DNA of 59,671 nucleotides, counting the filler. It is 6 parts of 6 records of this genome, joined end to end, with 100 filler letters (N's around TTAATTAATTAA, not from the genome) between each part and the next. Parts side by side here need not be neighbours in the genome. Positions count along the whole stretch, not along the records: positions 1 to 6,423 come from SRR31156797_2394; positions 6,524 to 19,851 come from SRR31156797_2402; 4 more parts are not named here. One strand, 5' to 3'. Under the pieces are notes generated by a model. That model saw only the letters and a program-made list of their open reading frames with translations. It was not told where the DNA came from and did no database searches. A program made the position numbers and the translations under genes. This document shows, piece by piece, positions 1-10,330 of this stretch. Each line of letters begins with the position of its first letter. The stretch's first letter is position 1.

Positions 1-454
1 TGCAAACTTCTTTGATGAGATGATGAAAGAGGGTATTTCAGGTAAAAATGCTGCAACTTGGCTAACGGTAGAGCTTCCTGCTAGATTTACAGAGGGTATG
101 AGTTTAGAAAACTCACCAGTTGATGCTAAAAAACTTGCAGGTGTAGTTAAAGCTATCGAAGATGGTTCAATCTCAGGAAAAGCTGCAAAAGAAGTACTTG
201 ATTATCTTATGGAGAAACCAGAAACAGAAATTGATGCTGTTATTGATGAGCTTGGATTAAAACAAGTTTCTGATGATGGTGCAATTTTAGAGATAATTGA
301 TGGTATCTTAGCTGCAAATGAAGATAAAGTTGCAGAATATAAAGGTGGAAAAGAGAAACTATTTGGATTCTTTGTAGGACAAACTATGAAAGCATCAAAA
401 GGTAGTGCAAATCCAGCTAAAGTAAATGAACTTTTAAAAGAAAGACTATCATAA
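1..454 (+). CDS. gatB: Asp-tRNA(Asn)/Glu-tRNA(Gln) amidotransferase subunit B, 3' part
   Basis: GatB/Yqey C-terminus ([10 protein letters not shown]...[23 protein letters not shown]); 5' end lies outside the window. Confidence 0.95.
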   Translation, partial: ANFFDEMMKEGISGKNAATWLTVELPARFTEGMSLENSPVDAKKLAGVVKAIEDGSISGKAAKEVLDYLMEKPETEIDAVIDELGLKQVSDDGAILEIIDGILAANEDKVAEYKGGKEKLFGFFVGQTMKASKGSANPAKVNELLKERLS

Positions 455-476
455 ACAAAGAAGCAAAGTAGAAGCT

Positions 477-1613
477 CTACTTTGCTCTTCTTAATGTAAA
501 TAAAATCAAAGAAGACAATGCAGAAAGTAATGCCGCTACCAAAAATGGAAGATGCATATTTTCAAAAACTCCCGCAATATAACCTGATAAAATAGGTGCA
601 CCAGCAGCACCAAGCCATCTTAAAAAGTTAAAACCTCCAGAGATAATATTTTTTTCAAACTCCAACTCCATAACATAAGATGTTAAAATAGAGTTATTTA
701 TCCCAGATAAAAGTCCAGAAAGAATTATCATAAATGACATAATTGCTTTTGAATCTATTTTCATTAGAATCAATAATAAAACAGAAAATATAAATATACT
801 GATAGGTATTATCTCTCTTACCTCGAAAAGCTCTTCAAGTTTTGTACTAATAAAAAATGAACCAGCAGCTAAAGCTAACCCCCAGCCAAAGAACAATAAA
901 CCCATCTCTAAAGGCTCTAAACTAACAACCAATGGTGAATAAGCTAATATAACAATAAAACCATAGAAATAAAGCATTGCAGCCAAAGAGATTAAAAGAA
1001 ACTTTCTATTAGTAAATAATAGTTTTAAATCTTTAAAACCAATAGATTTTCTTTTGTTTTCACTTTTTGGTAAGCGAACAAAAAATATTACTGCAAAAAA
1101 TGCTATTAGGGTTAACATCCCTGTAGCAAGAAAAGGATACCTCCAAGAGTGTTCACCTAAAAAACCACCCAATAAAGGACCACATGAGATTCCTAAACCA
1201 ACAGCACCCTCAAAAAGACTTACAGCTTTATGGTAATCATTTGACAATGCAATAAGTATAATCAATGCAGTAGCGAAAAATAAAGCATTTGAAAAGCCCC
1301 AACCCGCTCTAAATAAAGATAAATCAGTAATTGATGTAGCAAAGGAACATAAAGTTGCAAAAATAGCAACCATTCCTAAGCCTATAACCATAATTATCTT
1401 ATCACCGAATTTTGCAGCTAATACACCTGCAGGAAGCATAATAAAAGCCATCATAAGAATGTATGCACTAAAAAGCATCTCAACTTGCCAATGGTTTGCC
1501 CCAAGCTTTAAAGCGATATCTGGAAGAATAGGATCAACGACTCCCATCCCCATAAATGCCAAAAATATTGCTAATACAGTGATATTTCTACCAAATGTAT
1601 TATTTATCACCAT
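477..1613 (-). CDS. MFS efflux-type transporter
   Basis: About 12 hydrophobic segments; motif-A-like GVLAAKFGDK; GPLLGGFLGEHSWRYPF. Confidence 0.9.
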   Translation of the reverse strand: MVINNTFGRNITVLAIFLAFMGMGVVDPILPDIALKLGANHWQVEMLFSAYILMMAFIMLPAGVLAAKFGDKIIMVIGLGMVAIFATLCSFATSITDLSLFRAGWGFSNALFFATALIILIALSNDYHKAVSLFEGAVGLGISCGPLLGGFLGEHSWRYPFLATGMLTLIAFFAVIFFVRLPKSENKRKSIGFKDLKLLFTNRKFLLISLAAMLYFYGFIVILAYSPLVVSLEPLEMGLLFFGWGLALAAGSFFISTKLEELFEVREIIPISIFIFSVLLLILMKIDSKAIMSFMIILSGLLSGINNSILTSYVMELEFEKNIISGGFNFLRWLGAAGAPILSGYIAGVFENMHLPFLVAALLSALSSLILFTLRRAK

Positions 1614-2043
1614 TGTACCTGTCGATATTATCAGAAACTTTTTCTATTAAAGAGAAAATAGTATCAACCTCTTCATCAGTAAAACCTTCTAATACAGCAG
1701 CTCTAAACTCAATAATTGTTGGAGTTGTTTCTTCTAAAACTTCTTTTCCTTTATTTGTAAGAGAAATAAGTTTTACTCTTTTGTCCTCTTTACACCAGTT
1801 TCTACTAATATAACCTTTTTTTTCAATAGCATCTAGTGTTCTGGAAACAGTAGTTTTATCTTTTCCTAATATTGCTGTTAATTCATTTTGGTTTATTTCG
1901 CCATATCTTTCAACAAAATACAAAATTGCTCTTTGTTCTGGTGCAACACCAAATGATTTTAAGCTACTTGATAAAGACTGATTTATTTTGTTTGATGTCT
2001 GTGCAATCTTTAATGCAACAGAAAACTTTTCATTTTTTTTCAT
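1600..2043 (-). CDS. MarR family regulator
   Basis: DKTTVSRTLDAIEKKGYISR..EDKRVKLISLT; overlaps the MFS start, consistent with an operon. Confidence 0.92.
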   Translation of the reverse strand: MKKNEKFSVALKIAQTSNKINQSLSSSLKSFGVAPEQRAILYFVERYGEINQNELTAILGKDKTTVSRTLDAIEKKGYISRNWCKEDKRVKLISLTNKGKEVLEETTPTIIEFRAAVLEGFTDEEVDTIFSLIEKVSDNIDRYNGDK

Positions 2044-2062
2044 TGTAATCTCCTATTACAAT

Positions 2063-2078
2063 AGTTGCATATGCAACT
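2063..2078. promoter_or_regulatory. Palindromic operator, probable MarR site
   Basis: Perfect 16-bp palindrome AGTTGCATATGCAACT 20 bp upstream of the marR start. Confidence 0.65.
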
Positions 2079-2216
2079 TTATAATAACCTTAAAAGACTA
2101 CTCTATTTTGTACTAATTTAATATTATACAATTTTTTTTATGAAAAGTATAAAGAATATGAGTTAAAAGCAATATTTTGCTAATATCTGAAATAGTTTAT
2201 TTATAAAAGGTATTTT

Positions 2217-3110
2217 ATGGCAGAAATAGCAGTAATTGGGGCTGGGAAATGGGGTCAAGCCTTACATTTTGCTCTTAGTCAAAAACAAGAGTGTTTAATC
2301 ACTTCAAGAACAAAAAGAGATATTAAAAATTTTGTATCACTAGATAAGGCTTTAGAGTGTGAATATCTAGTTATAGCTATCCCAGCTCAAGAGATTAGAA
2401 GCTGGTTAAAATCAAACTTCAAATATATAAAAAATCAAAAAATATTAGTAGCATCAAAAGGGATAGAAGCCTCAACAGGAGAGTTTCTAAATGAAATCTA
2501 TGCAGACTTTGTTCCCGATGAAAGTATAGGGTTTATCTCAGGACCATCCTTTGCAGCTGAAGTTATAAAAGGCTTACCTTGTGCATTAGTTTTAAACTCA
2601 AACTCTAAAAAAATCTATAACAAATTTAAACCATTTTTTCCAGATTTTATAAAAGTTTATTATAGTGCAGATGTTATTGGTGCCGAAATTGCCGGAGCTT
2701 ATAAAAATGTATTAGCCATTGCAAGTGGTATTTGTGACGGTTTAAACTTAGGAAACAATGCAAGAGCATCATTAATCTCAAGAGGTTTAGTAGAGATGCA
2801 AAGATTTGGTAAAAAGTTTGGGGCAAAAAAATCATCATTTATCGGTTTAAGTGGTGCTGGTGACCTTTTTCTTACAGCAAGTAGCACATTAAGTAGAAAC
2901 TTTAGAGTAGGGCTTGGATTGGCTCAAAACAAAAAATTAGAAGAAATTTTAGAAGAGTTAGGGGAAGTAGCAGAGGGTGTAAAAACAGCCGAGGCTATTC
3001 ATAAACTTTCTAAAGAGTATCAAATATATACTCCAATAGCAAATGAAGTTCAACTTATTTTAGATGGCAAAAATCCTAAAGATAGTTTGAAGGACTTATT
3101 AAAGGGCTAA
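2217..3110 (+). CDS. gpsA: NAD(P)H-dependent glycerol-3-phosphate dehydrogenase
   Basis: GAGKWG, SKGIE, SGPSFAAEV, GAGDLFLT, SRN and AEGV motifs. Confidence 0.95.
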   Translation: MAEIAVIGAGKWGQALHFALSQKQECLITSRTKRDIKNFVSLDKALECEYLVIAIPAQEIRSWLKSNFKYIKNQKILVASKGIEASTGEFLNEIYADFVPDESIGFISGPSFAAEVIKGLPCALVLNSNSKKIYNKFKPFFPDFIKVYYSADVIGAEIAGAYKNVLAIASGICDGLNLGNNARASLISRGLVEMQRFGKKFGAKKSSFIGLSGAGDLFLTASSTLSRNFRVGLGLAQNKKLEEILEELGEVAEGVKTAEAIHKLSKEYQIYTPIANEVQLILDGKNPKDSLKDLLKG

Positions 3111-3111
3111 T

Positions 3112-3801
3112 ATGCAAAATATCTCTTTTGTAAATCTTTTGTTTACACTTATACCCTTGGTATTTGTGTGGTATTACTACAAAAAGTGGACAAAAGACTC
3201 AAAAGAGATAATTGTATCAACACTTAGAATGTTGATACAACTAATAGCAATAGGTTATCTTCTAATTTTCATATTTGAAAACAAAAATATACTTGTAGGG
3301 TTTTTTATAATATCTTTTATGATAGTTATTTCTTCATGGATAACTATAAGAACTACCATTAACAAAAGTTTTAAACACTATATTCATATTCTAATCTCAA
3401 TATTAATTTCAGGTCTTATAAACCTAATAGTAATAATCTTTGTATTAAATCTAGAATATGCATATGAACCAAGATATATTATTCCACTAGCAGGGATGAT
3501 ATTTGCAAATACCATGAACGCTTTATCATTAGCAATTGAACGCTTTGAAAAAGAGACACAAAGAAAGGTTATGTTTAAAAATGCAAGAGAGATTGCTTTT
3601 AAAGCATGTATGATTCCACAAATCAACTCACTTTTAGCAGTAGGATTAGTTTCTCTCCCTGGTATGATGACAGGACAAATTTTGAGTGGTATAGACCCAC
3701 TTATTGCAGTTAGATATCAAATACTTATTATGACTATGATTTTATCAAGTGCAGGTATTAGTACTATAGTTTATTTTCTATTAAAAGGTATTAAGAGGTA
3801 A
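3112..3801 (+). CDS. FetB/YbbM-like (UPF0014) ABC permease
   Basis: [42 protein letters not shown]. Confidence 0.85.
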   Translation: MQNISFVNLLFTLIPLVFVWYYYKKWTKDSKEIIVSTLRMLIQLIAIGYLLIFIFENKNILVGFFIISFMIVISSWITIRTTINKSFKHYIHILISILISGLINLIVIIFVLNLEYAYEPRYIIPLAGMIFANTMNALSLAIERFEKETQRKVMFKNAREIAFKACMIPQINSLLAVGLVSLPGMMTGQILSGIDPLIAVRYQILIMTMILSSAGISTIVYFLLKGIKR

Positions 3802-4144
3802 CATCCTTATTCTTTTTATGAATCTCTCCCCATAAATAAAGTTGTTTTAAAATAGGTTTTAATGTTTGACCATACTTCGTTAAAGAGTATTCAACTTTAG
3901 GAGGAACAACTGGATAAACCTCTCTATGAACTATTCCATCATTTTCTAGTTCTCTTAACTTTTGAATCAGCATCTTTTGCGTTACTCTTGGAAGCATTTT
4001 TTGTAACTCACTAAATCTTAATGTATCTCTTCTTAAATACCATAAAATTAAAATCTTCCATTTACCTGCTAATACATCAAGGGCAGTTTCAACTGGACAC
4101 TTTTCATAATCTGTTTCAATTTTTTCAATTTTTTTTGTCATCAT
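3791..4144 (-). CDS. HxlR-family wHTH regulator
   Basis: [15 protein letters not shown]...RFSEL...[14 protein letters not shown]. Confidence 0.92.
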   Translation of the reverse strand: MMTKKIEKIETDYEKCPVETALDVLAGKWKILILWYLRRDTLRFSELQKMLPRVTQKMLIQKLRELENDGIVHREVYPVVPPKVEYSLTKYGQTLKPILKQLYLWGEIHKKNKDVTS

Positions 4145-4166
4145 AAACCCCTTAATCTCACTAAAG

Positions 4167-4201
4167 TATCTTTTTTGTTAGTACCTATCTTTTTTGTTAG
4201 T
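4167..4201. repeat. Tandem 16-bp direct repeat in the divergent hxlR/yhdH promoter, probable operator
   Basis: TATCTTTTTTGTTAGT at 4167-4182 and 4186-4201. Confidence 0.6.
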
Positions 4202-4261
4202 TCTTGCTATTATATCATATATTAGTTAGAATTTCTGCAATACAAATATGAAAGGGAAATT

Positions 4262-5236
4262 ATGAAAGCATTTGTTGTAGAAAAAGTTGAAGAAAAAAAG
4301 TTTGAAGCAGGAATACAAGATGTTGAAACTCCAAAAATAGAAGAGGGTGAAGTTCTTATAAAAGCAACTTATTCATCATTAAACTATAAAGATGCGCTAA
4401 GCTCTGTAGGAAATCCTGGAGTAACAAGAGTATTTCCGCATATTACAGGTATTGATGTAGCTGGTGAAATAAGTGAATCTAAATCAAAAAATTTTAAAGT
4501 GGGAGAAAAAGTACTAGTTACAGGGTATGACTTAGGAATGAACACAAATGGTGGACATAGTGAATATGTAAAAGTTCCAGATTCATGGCTTGTAAAAATA
4601 CCTGAAGCAATTTCTGATAAAGAGATTATGACTTATGGAACTGCTGGACTTACAGCCGCATTATCAGTAAACGAACTTTTAAACAATGGAATAACAAGCG
4701 GAAAAGTATTAGTAACAGGAGCAACAGGTGGAGTTGGAAGTATCGCTGTTAGTATCTTAAATAAGCTTGGATTTGAAGTTACTGCAATCTCTGGGAAAGA
4801 GGAAAAAATCGATTTTCTAAAATCATTAGGTGCACAAGAAGTGGTTCTAAGAAAAGATTTTGATGTAGAAAATAAAAGACCAATGGGAAGTGAAAAATTT
4901 GATGGAGTTATTGATACTGTTGGTGGTACTATTCTAGCAGAAGCACTTAAAATTATAAAATATGATGGTGTAGCTACTTGTTGTGGATTAACAGCATCAC
5001 ATGAATTACCAACGAATGTATTTCCATTTATATTAAGAGGTGTTAGGCTAATAGGAATAGACTCAGTTGAATGTAAAATAGAGAAAAAAATAGCTGCTTG
5101 GGAAAAAATTGCAAGTGAATTTAAAATAGACTCTTTAGAGGATTTAACTACAGAAATCTCTCTTGATGAAATAGGGCAAGCATACAAAAACCTTTTGGCA
5201 GGAGAAGCTGTAGGAAGATATTTAGTAAAAATATAA
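4262..5236 (+). CDS. YhdH/YhfP (AcuI-like) MDR-family oxidoreductase
   Basis: SSLNYKDAL, GTAGLTAAL, TGATGGVGS, PFILRGVRLIGIDSV. Confidence 0.9.
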   Translation: MKAFVVEKVEEKKFEAGIQDVETPKIEEGEVLIKATYSSLNYKDALSSVGNPGVTRVFPHITGIDVAGEISESKSKNFKVGEKVLVTGYDLGMNTNGGHSEYVKVPDSWLVKIPEAISDKEIMTYGTAGLTAALSVNELLNNGITSGKVLVTGATGGVGSIAVSILNKLGFEVTAISGKEEKIDFLKSLGAQEVVLRKDFDVENKRPMGSEKFDGVIDTVGGTILAEALKIIKYDGVATCCGLTASHELPTNVFPFILRGVRLIGIDSVECKIEKKIAAWEKIASEFKIDSLEDLTTEISLDEIGQAYKNLLAGEAVGRYLVKI

Positions 5237-5246
5237 AGATTAGCAA

Positions 5247-5843
5247 CTATTTAGTTGCTAATACTTTTTTAAAATCCTCTTTTGTATCAACATCCAAAGA
5301 GTATTTATCGTCTAAAAGCACAAACTCTTTTGGATTTTGCATTATAATTTTTTTTGCACCCTTATCTCCACTTAACTTTTTAAATTCATCTAAATATTTA
5401 TAAGGAAATATTGCCGGAACAAAAAAGTCATTTTTATATTTTGAACAAACGATAAGTTCTTGGTTTTCAAAATACTTTTCTATAAGTTTTTCATAATGAG
5501 TTATTGGAACTAAAGGCATATCACAAAGCATTATTAATACTGTTTTTCCCTTTATGCTTGAAATACCAAGTTTTAAGGAACTTGCCATTCCAGAATCAAA
5601 ATTTTTATTTTCTAAAATATCTACATCGAAGTTTTTTATTTGCTCTTTACATAAAGAACTATTTGCACCTAATACAACTTTTACATCATCACTTAAAGTT
5701 AAAGCTTTTTTAACAGTATTTTTAAGAAGAGTTTCTCCATCAATTTTAAGTAATTGCTTTGGCTCTCCAAGTCTTGATGATTTTCCAGCTGCTAATATTA
5801 CTATAGCTAATTTATTTGTTTTACTCGATAACACAGTTTGCAT
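5247..5843 (-). CDS. MocA-like nucleotidyltransferase
   Basis: ILAAGKSSRLGEPKQLL, GMASSL, LCDMP, GDKGA, DVDT. Confidence 0.85.
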   Translation of the reverse strand: MQTVLSSKTNKLAIVILAAGKSSRLGEPKQLLKIDGETLLKNTVKKALTLSDDVKVVLGANSSLCKEQIKNFDVDILENKNFDSGMASSLKLGISSIKGKTVLIMLCDMPLVPITHYEKLIEKYFENQELIVCSKYKNDFFVPAIFPYKYLDEFKKLSGDKGAKKIIMQNPKEFVLLDDKYSLDVDTKEDFKKVLATK

Positions 5844-6177
5844 CTTTTACAATGTCTATTTTGTTTTCATTAGCATATTCTTTTCCCCAATCATGAAGTT
5901 TTTCAAGTATAGGGATAAGTTTTTCACCACTTTTACTTAATCTATATTCAACTTTTGGTGGAATAACAGGATATACAATTCTTTCAACAACTCCAGCCTC
6001 TTCTAACTCTCGTAGTTGTTGTGTTAACATCTTTTGACTAATATTTGGAATCATCTTCAATAACTCACCATTTCTTTTAACATCTTTTTTCAATGCCCAA
6101 AGAACAATAGACTTCCACTTCCCACCAATAATATCAGTTGCAAGTTGAAAAAAACAGTTATACTCTTTTATATCCAT
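5821..6177 (-). CDS. HxlR-family wHTH regulator
   Basis: CFF...IIGGKWK, ISQKMLTQQLRELE, PPKVEYRL; divergent from trxA. Confidence 0.9.
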   Translation of the reverse strand: MDIKEYNCFFQLATDIIGGKWKSIVLWALKKDVKRNGELLKMIPNISQKMLTQQLRELEEAGVVERIVYPVIPPKVEYRLSKSGEKLIPILEKLHDWGKEYANENKIDIVKDANCVIE

Positions 6178-6321
6178 ATTTTGTCCTAATGCTTTTTGTT
6201 ATTCTAATAAAGTTCCTTTTAATAGTAACTTAAAAGTAACTATAAAACTTTTTGGTGTATACTTGACTTTTAGAAATTATTTAGATAACATCTTCATCAC
6301 TAAAAAATTAAAGGATTTTAT

Positions 6322-6423
6322 ATGGCAGGTTATATTGAATTAACAACTGAAAATTTTGATTCAACTGTTGGTACTGGTGTATCTTTAGTTGATTTCTGGG
6401 CTCCATGGTGTGGACCTTGTAGA
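6322..6423 (+). CDS. trxA: Thioredoxin, 5' part (cut by contig end)
   Basis: Translated by hand: [34 protein letters not shown], with the WCGPC active site and an AAGGA RBS. Confidence 0.92.
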
Positions 6424-6523
6424 NNNNNNNNNNNNNNNNNNNNNNNNNNNNNNNNNNNNNNNNNNNNTTAATTAATTAANNNNNNNNNNNNNNNNNNNNN
6501 NNNNNNNNNNNNNNNNNNNNNNN
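6424..6523. other. Artificial contig linker
   Basis: N run containing TTAATTAATTAA. Confidence 0.99.
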
Positions 6524-7905
6524 TTTGTTTGGAATGCTATTTGGTCAATTACTTCTATAGCTTCATTTATCGAACTAATTTGAGTATTAATCTCTTCCAT
6601 AGCAGTTGCAGTTTTATTTGCAAGTGTATGACCATCTTTAGCTGCATTTGTTACATCTGAAGCTAAGTTTGACATCTCAACAGTTGTTTGAGTATTTCCT
6701 TTAATATTTGCAGTAATCTCTTCTAATGCTGCTGCAGTTTCTTCTAAAGATGCCGCTTGTTGATTTGATGATGCTGATAAACTATTTGATGCTGTTGACA
6801 ATGTATGAGTATTTTGATTTAAAGAATCACCAGTATTCATAATCATTGCTAAGATTTCAGATGTGTTATTCCCAACTAGTTTAATTCCAGCAGTTAAAGA
6901 GCCTAAATCTCCATAAATACCTTTGTCATCTATTCTATAGTCAAATTTCGATTCAGAATAGTATCTTAATGTTGTGTTTATTTTATCAAGTGTTTCTTTT
7001 GTATGTAAAATCATAGTGTTAAGTTTATTTTTCAAATCTTCAACATATGGATTAGCGGCAACAGCTTCAACTTGATAAACAAAGAAGCCATTTCCAGTTT
7101 TTTCTAAAATATCGTTTGCTTCTTCAATAACAATTTCATCTTTCTTCATCCCTTCTCTTACTTTATCCATATAAGAGTTAAATAAACCTGCAACCTCTCC
7201 AATCTCATCTTTTGAAACTATATCAAGTTTAATACTTGCATCATTTGATTCAAGCAAGTCTTTAAATCCTTTTTTGAGTGATTCAATAGGTTTTGTAGCT
7301 CTTTTTACAATAATTAGAATTAGACCGATTGTAACCCACCCAAGTACTGTTGATGATAATAAAATATCTATTACCAAGTCGCCAATTCTTTTATCTGAGC
7401 CATCTAATGAGAAAGTTAAGTCCATAACCCCTATAACATCACCTTCTTGTTGATTAACATGACAAAGCAAACACTCTTGACTTGCAACCATAGGTTTAAT
7501 CATTCTTAAAGTATGAGTACCATTTTCATTTTCTTCAAGGATTTGATTTTGTTTAGTTTTGAAAGATTTTAATACATCTTTATCTTCTGTATATTTAGTT
7601 CCAGGAGCATACATATCAATCAAAGGTTGACTTTTTGCAATAGTTAATTGCTTAACTCCTTTTATTGTTCTTGCTTCATCTTCAGCTTTTTGAATCTGTG
7701 CTGGATCTCCGGTATTCATTGCATTTCTTAGGCTTTGAAACATTGCCGTATTAAGCATATCAAGGTTTTCTTTAGTTGTAATAATTGCATCTTCTTTAAC
7801 TTTTGTAGTAGTGAAGTATGTTACAACTAAACTTGATAGTGACATAAGTATAAATAAAGCAAATATAATTTTATTGCTTATCTTTCTTGTAACTAACTCT
7901 AACAT
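6524..7905 (-). CDS. Methyl-accepting chemotaxis protein (3' truncated)
   Basis: Two TM segments, periplasmic CLLCH heme-c-like motif, HAMP, QQAASLEETAAALEEIT...IDQIAFQT; probable start at 7905. Confidence 0.92.
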
Positions 7906-8002
7906 ATTCTCGTCCCTGATTATTAAGTTCATTTATTATATAATCTAAATCATTTATTATAAATAAAACACATAAAAATTACATAAAAATATTGGGAAAA
8001 TA

Positions 8003-8566
8003 ATGATAGTTGGAATAGAAGGAACAATTGAAAAAAAAGAACCTACTTTACTTCATGTAAATGTAAGCGGAATTATTTATGAAGTTTTTGTTTCAGTTAA
8101 CTGCAGTTCTAAGATTACAGAAAAGAAAGTTAAACTTGTAACAACTCATATAATAAGAGAAGATGCTCAAACACTTTATGGCTTTTTAGACCCAAATGAA
8201 AAAAAGCTTTTTGATACAGTTATAAAGATTAATGGAGTTGGACCAAAAGTTGCTTTAGCTATTTGTTCAACATTTACTCCAAGTTCTTTTTCTCAAATAG
8301 TTAGTGCAAACGATATATCAATGCTAAAAAGAGTTCCAGGAATTGGGCCCAAAGGTGCAAGTAGAATATTAGTTGAGTTATCTGGATTTATTATTGATGG
8401 AGAAGGAGATGAGGGTGATGGTTCATCAGCATCAGTTCTAGAAGCAAGCCTTGCTTTAGAATCTTTAGGGTTTAAAAAAGATATAGTTTCAAAAGTATTA
8501 AAAAGTTGTAGTGGTTCAACAACTGGTGATTTAGTAAAACAAGCACTTAAACAGTTACAAAAATAG
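8003..8566 (+). CDS. ruvA: Holliday junction branch migration protein RuvA
   Basis: [40 protein letters not shown]. Confidence 0.96.
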   Translation: MIVGIEGTIEKKEPTLLHVNVSGIIYEVFVSVNCSSKITEKKVKLVTTHIIREDAQTLYGFLDPNEKKLFDTVIKINGVGPKVALAICSTFTPSSFSQIVSANDISMLKRVPGIGPKGASRILVELSGFIIDGEGDEGDGSSASVLEASLALESLGFKKDIVSKVLKSCSGSTTGDLVKQALKQLQK

Positions 8567-8575
8567 GAGAGTATA

Positions 8576-9610
8576 GTGAAAATAGGAATAGTTTTTGGTG
8601 GAGTATCATATGAACATGAAATTTCAATTGTTTCAGCAATAGCAATGAAAGATGTTATAAAAGAGGAATTAATTTTTATTTTTTGTGATGAAAATAGAGA
8701 TTTTTATCATATTCCAACTGATACAATAAAATCAAAACTTTTTAGTAGTGGCGAATATAAAAAATGCGATTTATTAACACTTAAAAAAGGTGGTTTTACA
8801 AAAAAAGCTTTTTTTTCTGAAAAGAATTTAGATGTTGATGTTTATTTAGACCTTTCTCATGGTGGAGATGGTGAAGATGGATTATTTGCATCTATGTTTG
8901 AGCTATACAACCTTCCATATATTGGTCCTAGAAAAGGTGCTTGTAGTGTAAGTTTTAATAAGTTTTTAACAAAAGGTTATTCACTTAGTTGTGGCGTTAA
9001 AACTATTGATTATGAGTATTACACAAAAAATGCTGATGTTGAATTAGAAGCATATCCTGTGATTATCAAACCTGTTACTTTAGGTAGCTCGATTGGTGTT
9101 TCTATTGTAAAATCAAAAGAAGAGTTAGAGTATGCACTTGATGTAGCATTTGAATTTGATGACGCCGTTATAATAGAACCTTTTATTCCAGGGATAAAAG
9201 AGTATAACTTGGCAGCTTGCAAAATAAATGGAGAGTTTAACTTCTCTATAATAGAAGAGCCACAAAAAGCAGACTTCTTAGACTTTGACAAAAAATATCT
9301 AGATTTTGCAAGAACTTCAACTGCAAGACAAGCAGATATAAGTGAAGATTTGGCTCAAAAGATAAAAGAATCATTTGAAAAGATTTATAACAATACTTTT
9401 GATGGTGCTTTAATAAGATGTGACTTCTTTGTAATCAATGAAGAGGTTTACCTAAATGAGATAAATCCAGTACCTGGGTCTATGGCAAATTACCTTTTTG
9501 AAGACTTTAATCAAACAATTGTTTCTTTGGCTTCATCTTTACCAAAACCAAAAAATATTAAAATTACATATGATTATGTAAATAAAATTCAGAGTGCAAA
9601 GGGTAAATAG
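8576..9610 (+). CDS. ddl: D-alanine--D-alanine ligase
   Basis: FGGVSYEHEISI, HGGDGEDG, GSSIGV, RCDFF, NEINPVPGS. Confidence 0.95.
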   Translation: MKIGIVFGGVSYEHEISIVSAIAMKDVIKEELIFIFCDENRDFYHIPTDTIKSKLFSSGEYKKCDLLTLKKGGFTKKAFFSEKNLDVDVYLDLSHGGDGEDGLFASMFELYNLPYIGPRKGACSVSFNKFLTKGYSLSCGVKTIDYEYYTKNADVELEAYPVIIKPVTLGSSIGVSIVKSKEELEYALDVAFEFDDAVIIEPFIPGIKEYNLAACKINGEFNFSIIEEPQKADFLDFDKKYLDFARTSTARQADISEDLAQKIKESFEKIYNNTFDGALIRCDFFVINEEVYLNEINPVPGSMANYLFEDFNQTIVSLASSLPKPKNIKITYDYVNKIQSAKGK

Positions 9611-10330
9611 TTGGCTCTAAAGAGTATAGTTGTAGATAAAAAAGAGTTTGATATTTCGTATGAGATTGTTAATCCTTCAATGGATAAAACAATAGTTTTC
9701 CTCCATGGATGGGGTTCAAATAAAGAGATTATGAAGCAGGCTTTTTCTTCACATCTTAAAAACTTTAAGCATGTCTATCTTGATATGCCCGGTTTTGGAA
9801 AGAGTCCTACACCTTATACTCTTACAACAATTGAGTATTCTAATATAATAAAAGAGTTTTTAAATACTCTTAACTCAAATGTAGTTGCAATAGCAGGACA
9901 CTCTTATGGTGGAAAAGTTGCTACTTTATTAAATCCTGATAATCTTATTCTTTTAAGTACGGCTGGTATTTTAGAAGAGAAACCTTTTGATGTAAAACTA
10001 AAAATAAAACTTGCAAAAGTATTTAATAGTTTAGGCTTAGGAAAAATCACAAAAGCATTTAGAAGTAAAGATGTTAATAAGATGAGTGAAAATATGTATG
10101 CAACTTTTAAAAATGTTGTAAATGAAGATTTCACTAATAATTTTAACTCTTATGAAAAAAATGGTATGATTTTTTGGGGAGAAGATGATAGTGCAACTAC
10201 ATTGCCTTCAGGGAAAAAGATTCACTCACTTATAAAAGGAAGCTCTTTTTATTCATATAAAGGGGACCATTACTTCTTTTTAAAATATGCATCTGATATC
10301 TGCCAAAAAATTGAAAATGGGATTCACTAA
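9611..10330 (+). CDS. Alpha/beta hydrolase
   Basis: FLHGWG, DMPGFG, GHSYGG nucleophile elbow, catalytic His in GDHYFF. Confidence 0.9.
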   Translation: MALKSIVVDKKEFDISYEIVNPSMDKTIVFLHGWGSNKEIMKQAFSSHLKNFKHVYLDMPGFGKSPTPYTLTTIEYSNIIKEFLNTLNSNVVAIAGHSYGGKVATLLNPDNLILLSTAGILEEKPFDVKLKIKLAKVFNSLGLGKITKAFRSKDVNKMSENMYATFKNVVNEDFTNNFNSYEKNGMIFWGEDDSATTLPSGKKIHSLIKGSSFYSYKGDHYFFLKYASDICQKIENGIH

